DNA of 64,000 nucleotides from Utricularia gibba (Eukaryota; Plantae; Magnoliophyta): NCBI GenBank assembly GCA_002189035.1, contig CM007989.1, positions 5,022,001 to 5,086,000 of the forward strand, read 5' to 3'. Shown piece by piece: positions 63,400 to 64,000 of this stretch (position 1 is its first letter; each line of letters starts with the position of its first letter). The notes under the pieces were generated by a model. It saw only the letters and a program-made list of their open reading frames with translations, ran no database searches and was not told where the DNA came from. The position numbers and the translations under genes were made by a program.

Positions 63400-64000
63400 T
63401 GAAGTTAAGTATATTTATGCAACTTTATCTAAAAATCATCTAAACTCACCTGTTGTAAGCTTGCATACCAATCAAATAATAATAAACCAGTTACTATACA
63501 CATTTTCATGCATAAACTCATGGATCTAGGTTTAAAGATATCAAAATAATTAATATCTAGACTAAACTTTAACCTGCGAACCGAGCACTAGGTGGTATCA
63601 TTTGGTGTGCTTTTGTCTATCAACCTATTTTTTAAATTGTTGAAAGAAACGTTTTATTTTTTAATTGTTGAAAAAATCATGAACCGTTTATATGAGCGGT
63701 TCGTATGGTTCAATTGTGATTCAAATCGTCATTGAATAACTCTTTTTTTTTTAAAAAAAATATTTTAAAATTTTTTTAATAAAAAAATAAAATTTAAATA
63801 TTTGAACACAATCTAATTACGATTTGACTATCGTGATTTATTTTTTAATATTTCAAAATGGTTATCAAATCATTATCATGAATGATTTACGCTATATCGG
63901 TTCAACTGGGAGTTATGAACAAAACTACAGCTAGTTATATTATTCCTGCATTGCCTTCAAGTTCAGGGCGAATCTCAGAATCATCCAGTTGGCCGAGCAG

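Noticed and set aside
63945-64000. GC-richer terminal segment that could be an exon of the next gene (minus frame LLGQLDDSEIRPELEGNAGII*) or an ncRNA
   Set aside because: Truncated by the window edge and too short to assign.

Overview
AT-rich, transposon-dense angiosperm nuclear DNA; species cannot be determined from the sequence. Host genes: a ZF-HD homeobox gene (~17108-18009 +), a five-exon DUF1666 gene (26737-28904 +), tRNA-Leu(CAG) (29269-29348 -), a PRE/ILI-type atypical bHLH (41232-41680 +) and a convergent RAD6-type E2 (UBC1/2, 42871-43948 -). The first 12.5 kb is a nest: an old Ty1/copia element (495-12475, TSD TGAAC) holds two solo LTRs and a young copia element (4244-9223, TSD TCAAA). 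The rest holds solo LTRs of about three Ty3-like families, nested MULEs, a Tourist MITE, hAT and copia remnants and four PIF/Harbinger remnants. Most unusual: (1) the ~0.5 kb pol segment deleted from the young copia lies inverted ~0.8 kb outside it with matching ends; (2) a decayed gene appears to join a Transposase_28-like motif to an FCP1/HAD phosphatase-like domain; (3) host-gene fragments lie in transposon territory (MKP1-like inside a Harbinger Myb ORF, and an intron-containing alpha-tubulin piece); (4) both ZF-HD and DUF1666 have a frameshift that one extra G in a G-run would repair. No rRNA or CRISPR array seen. All alignments and family assignments were made by eye or from remembered consensus motifs, not computed.
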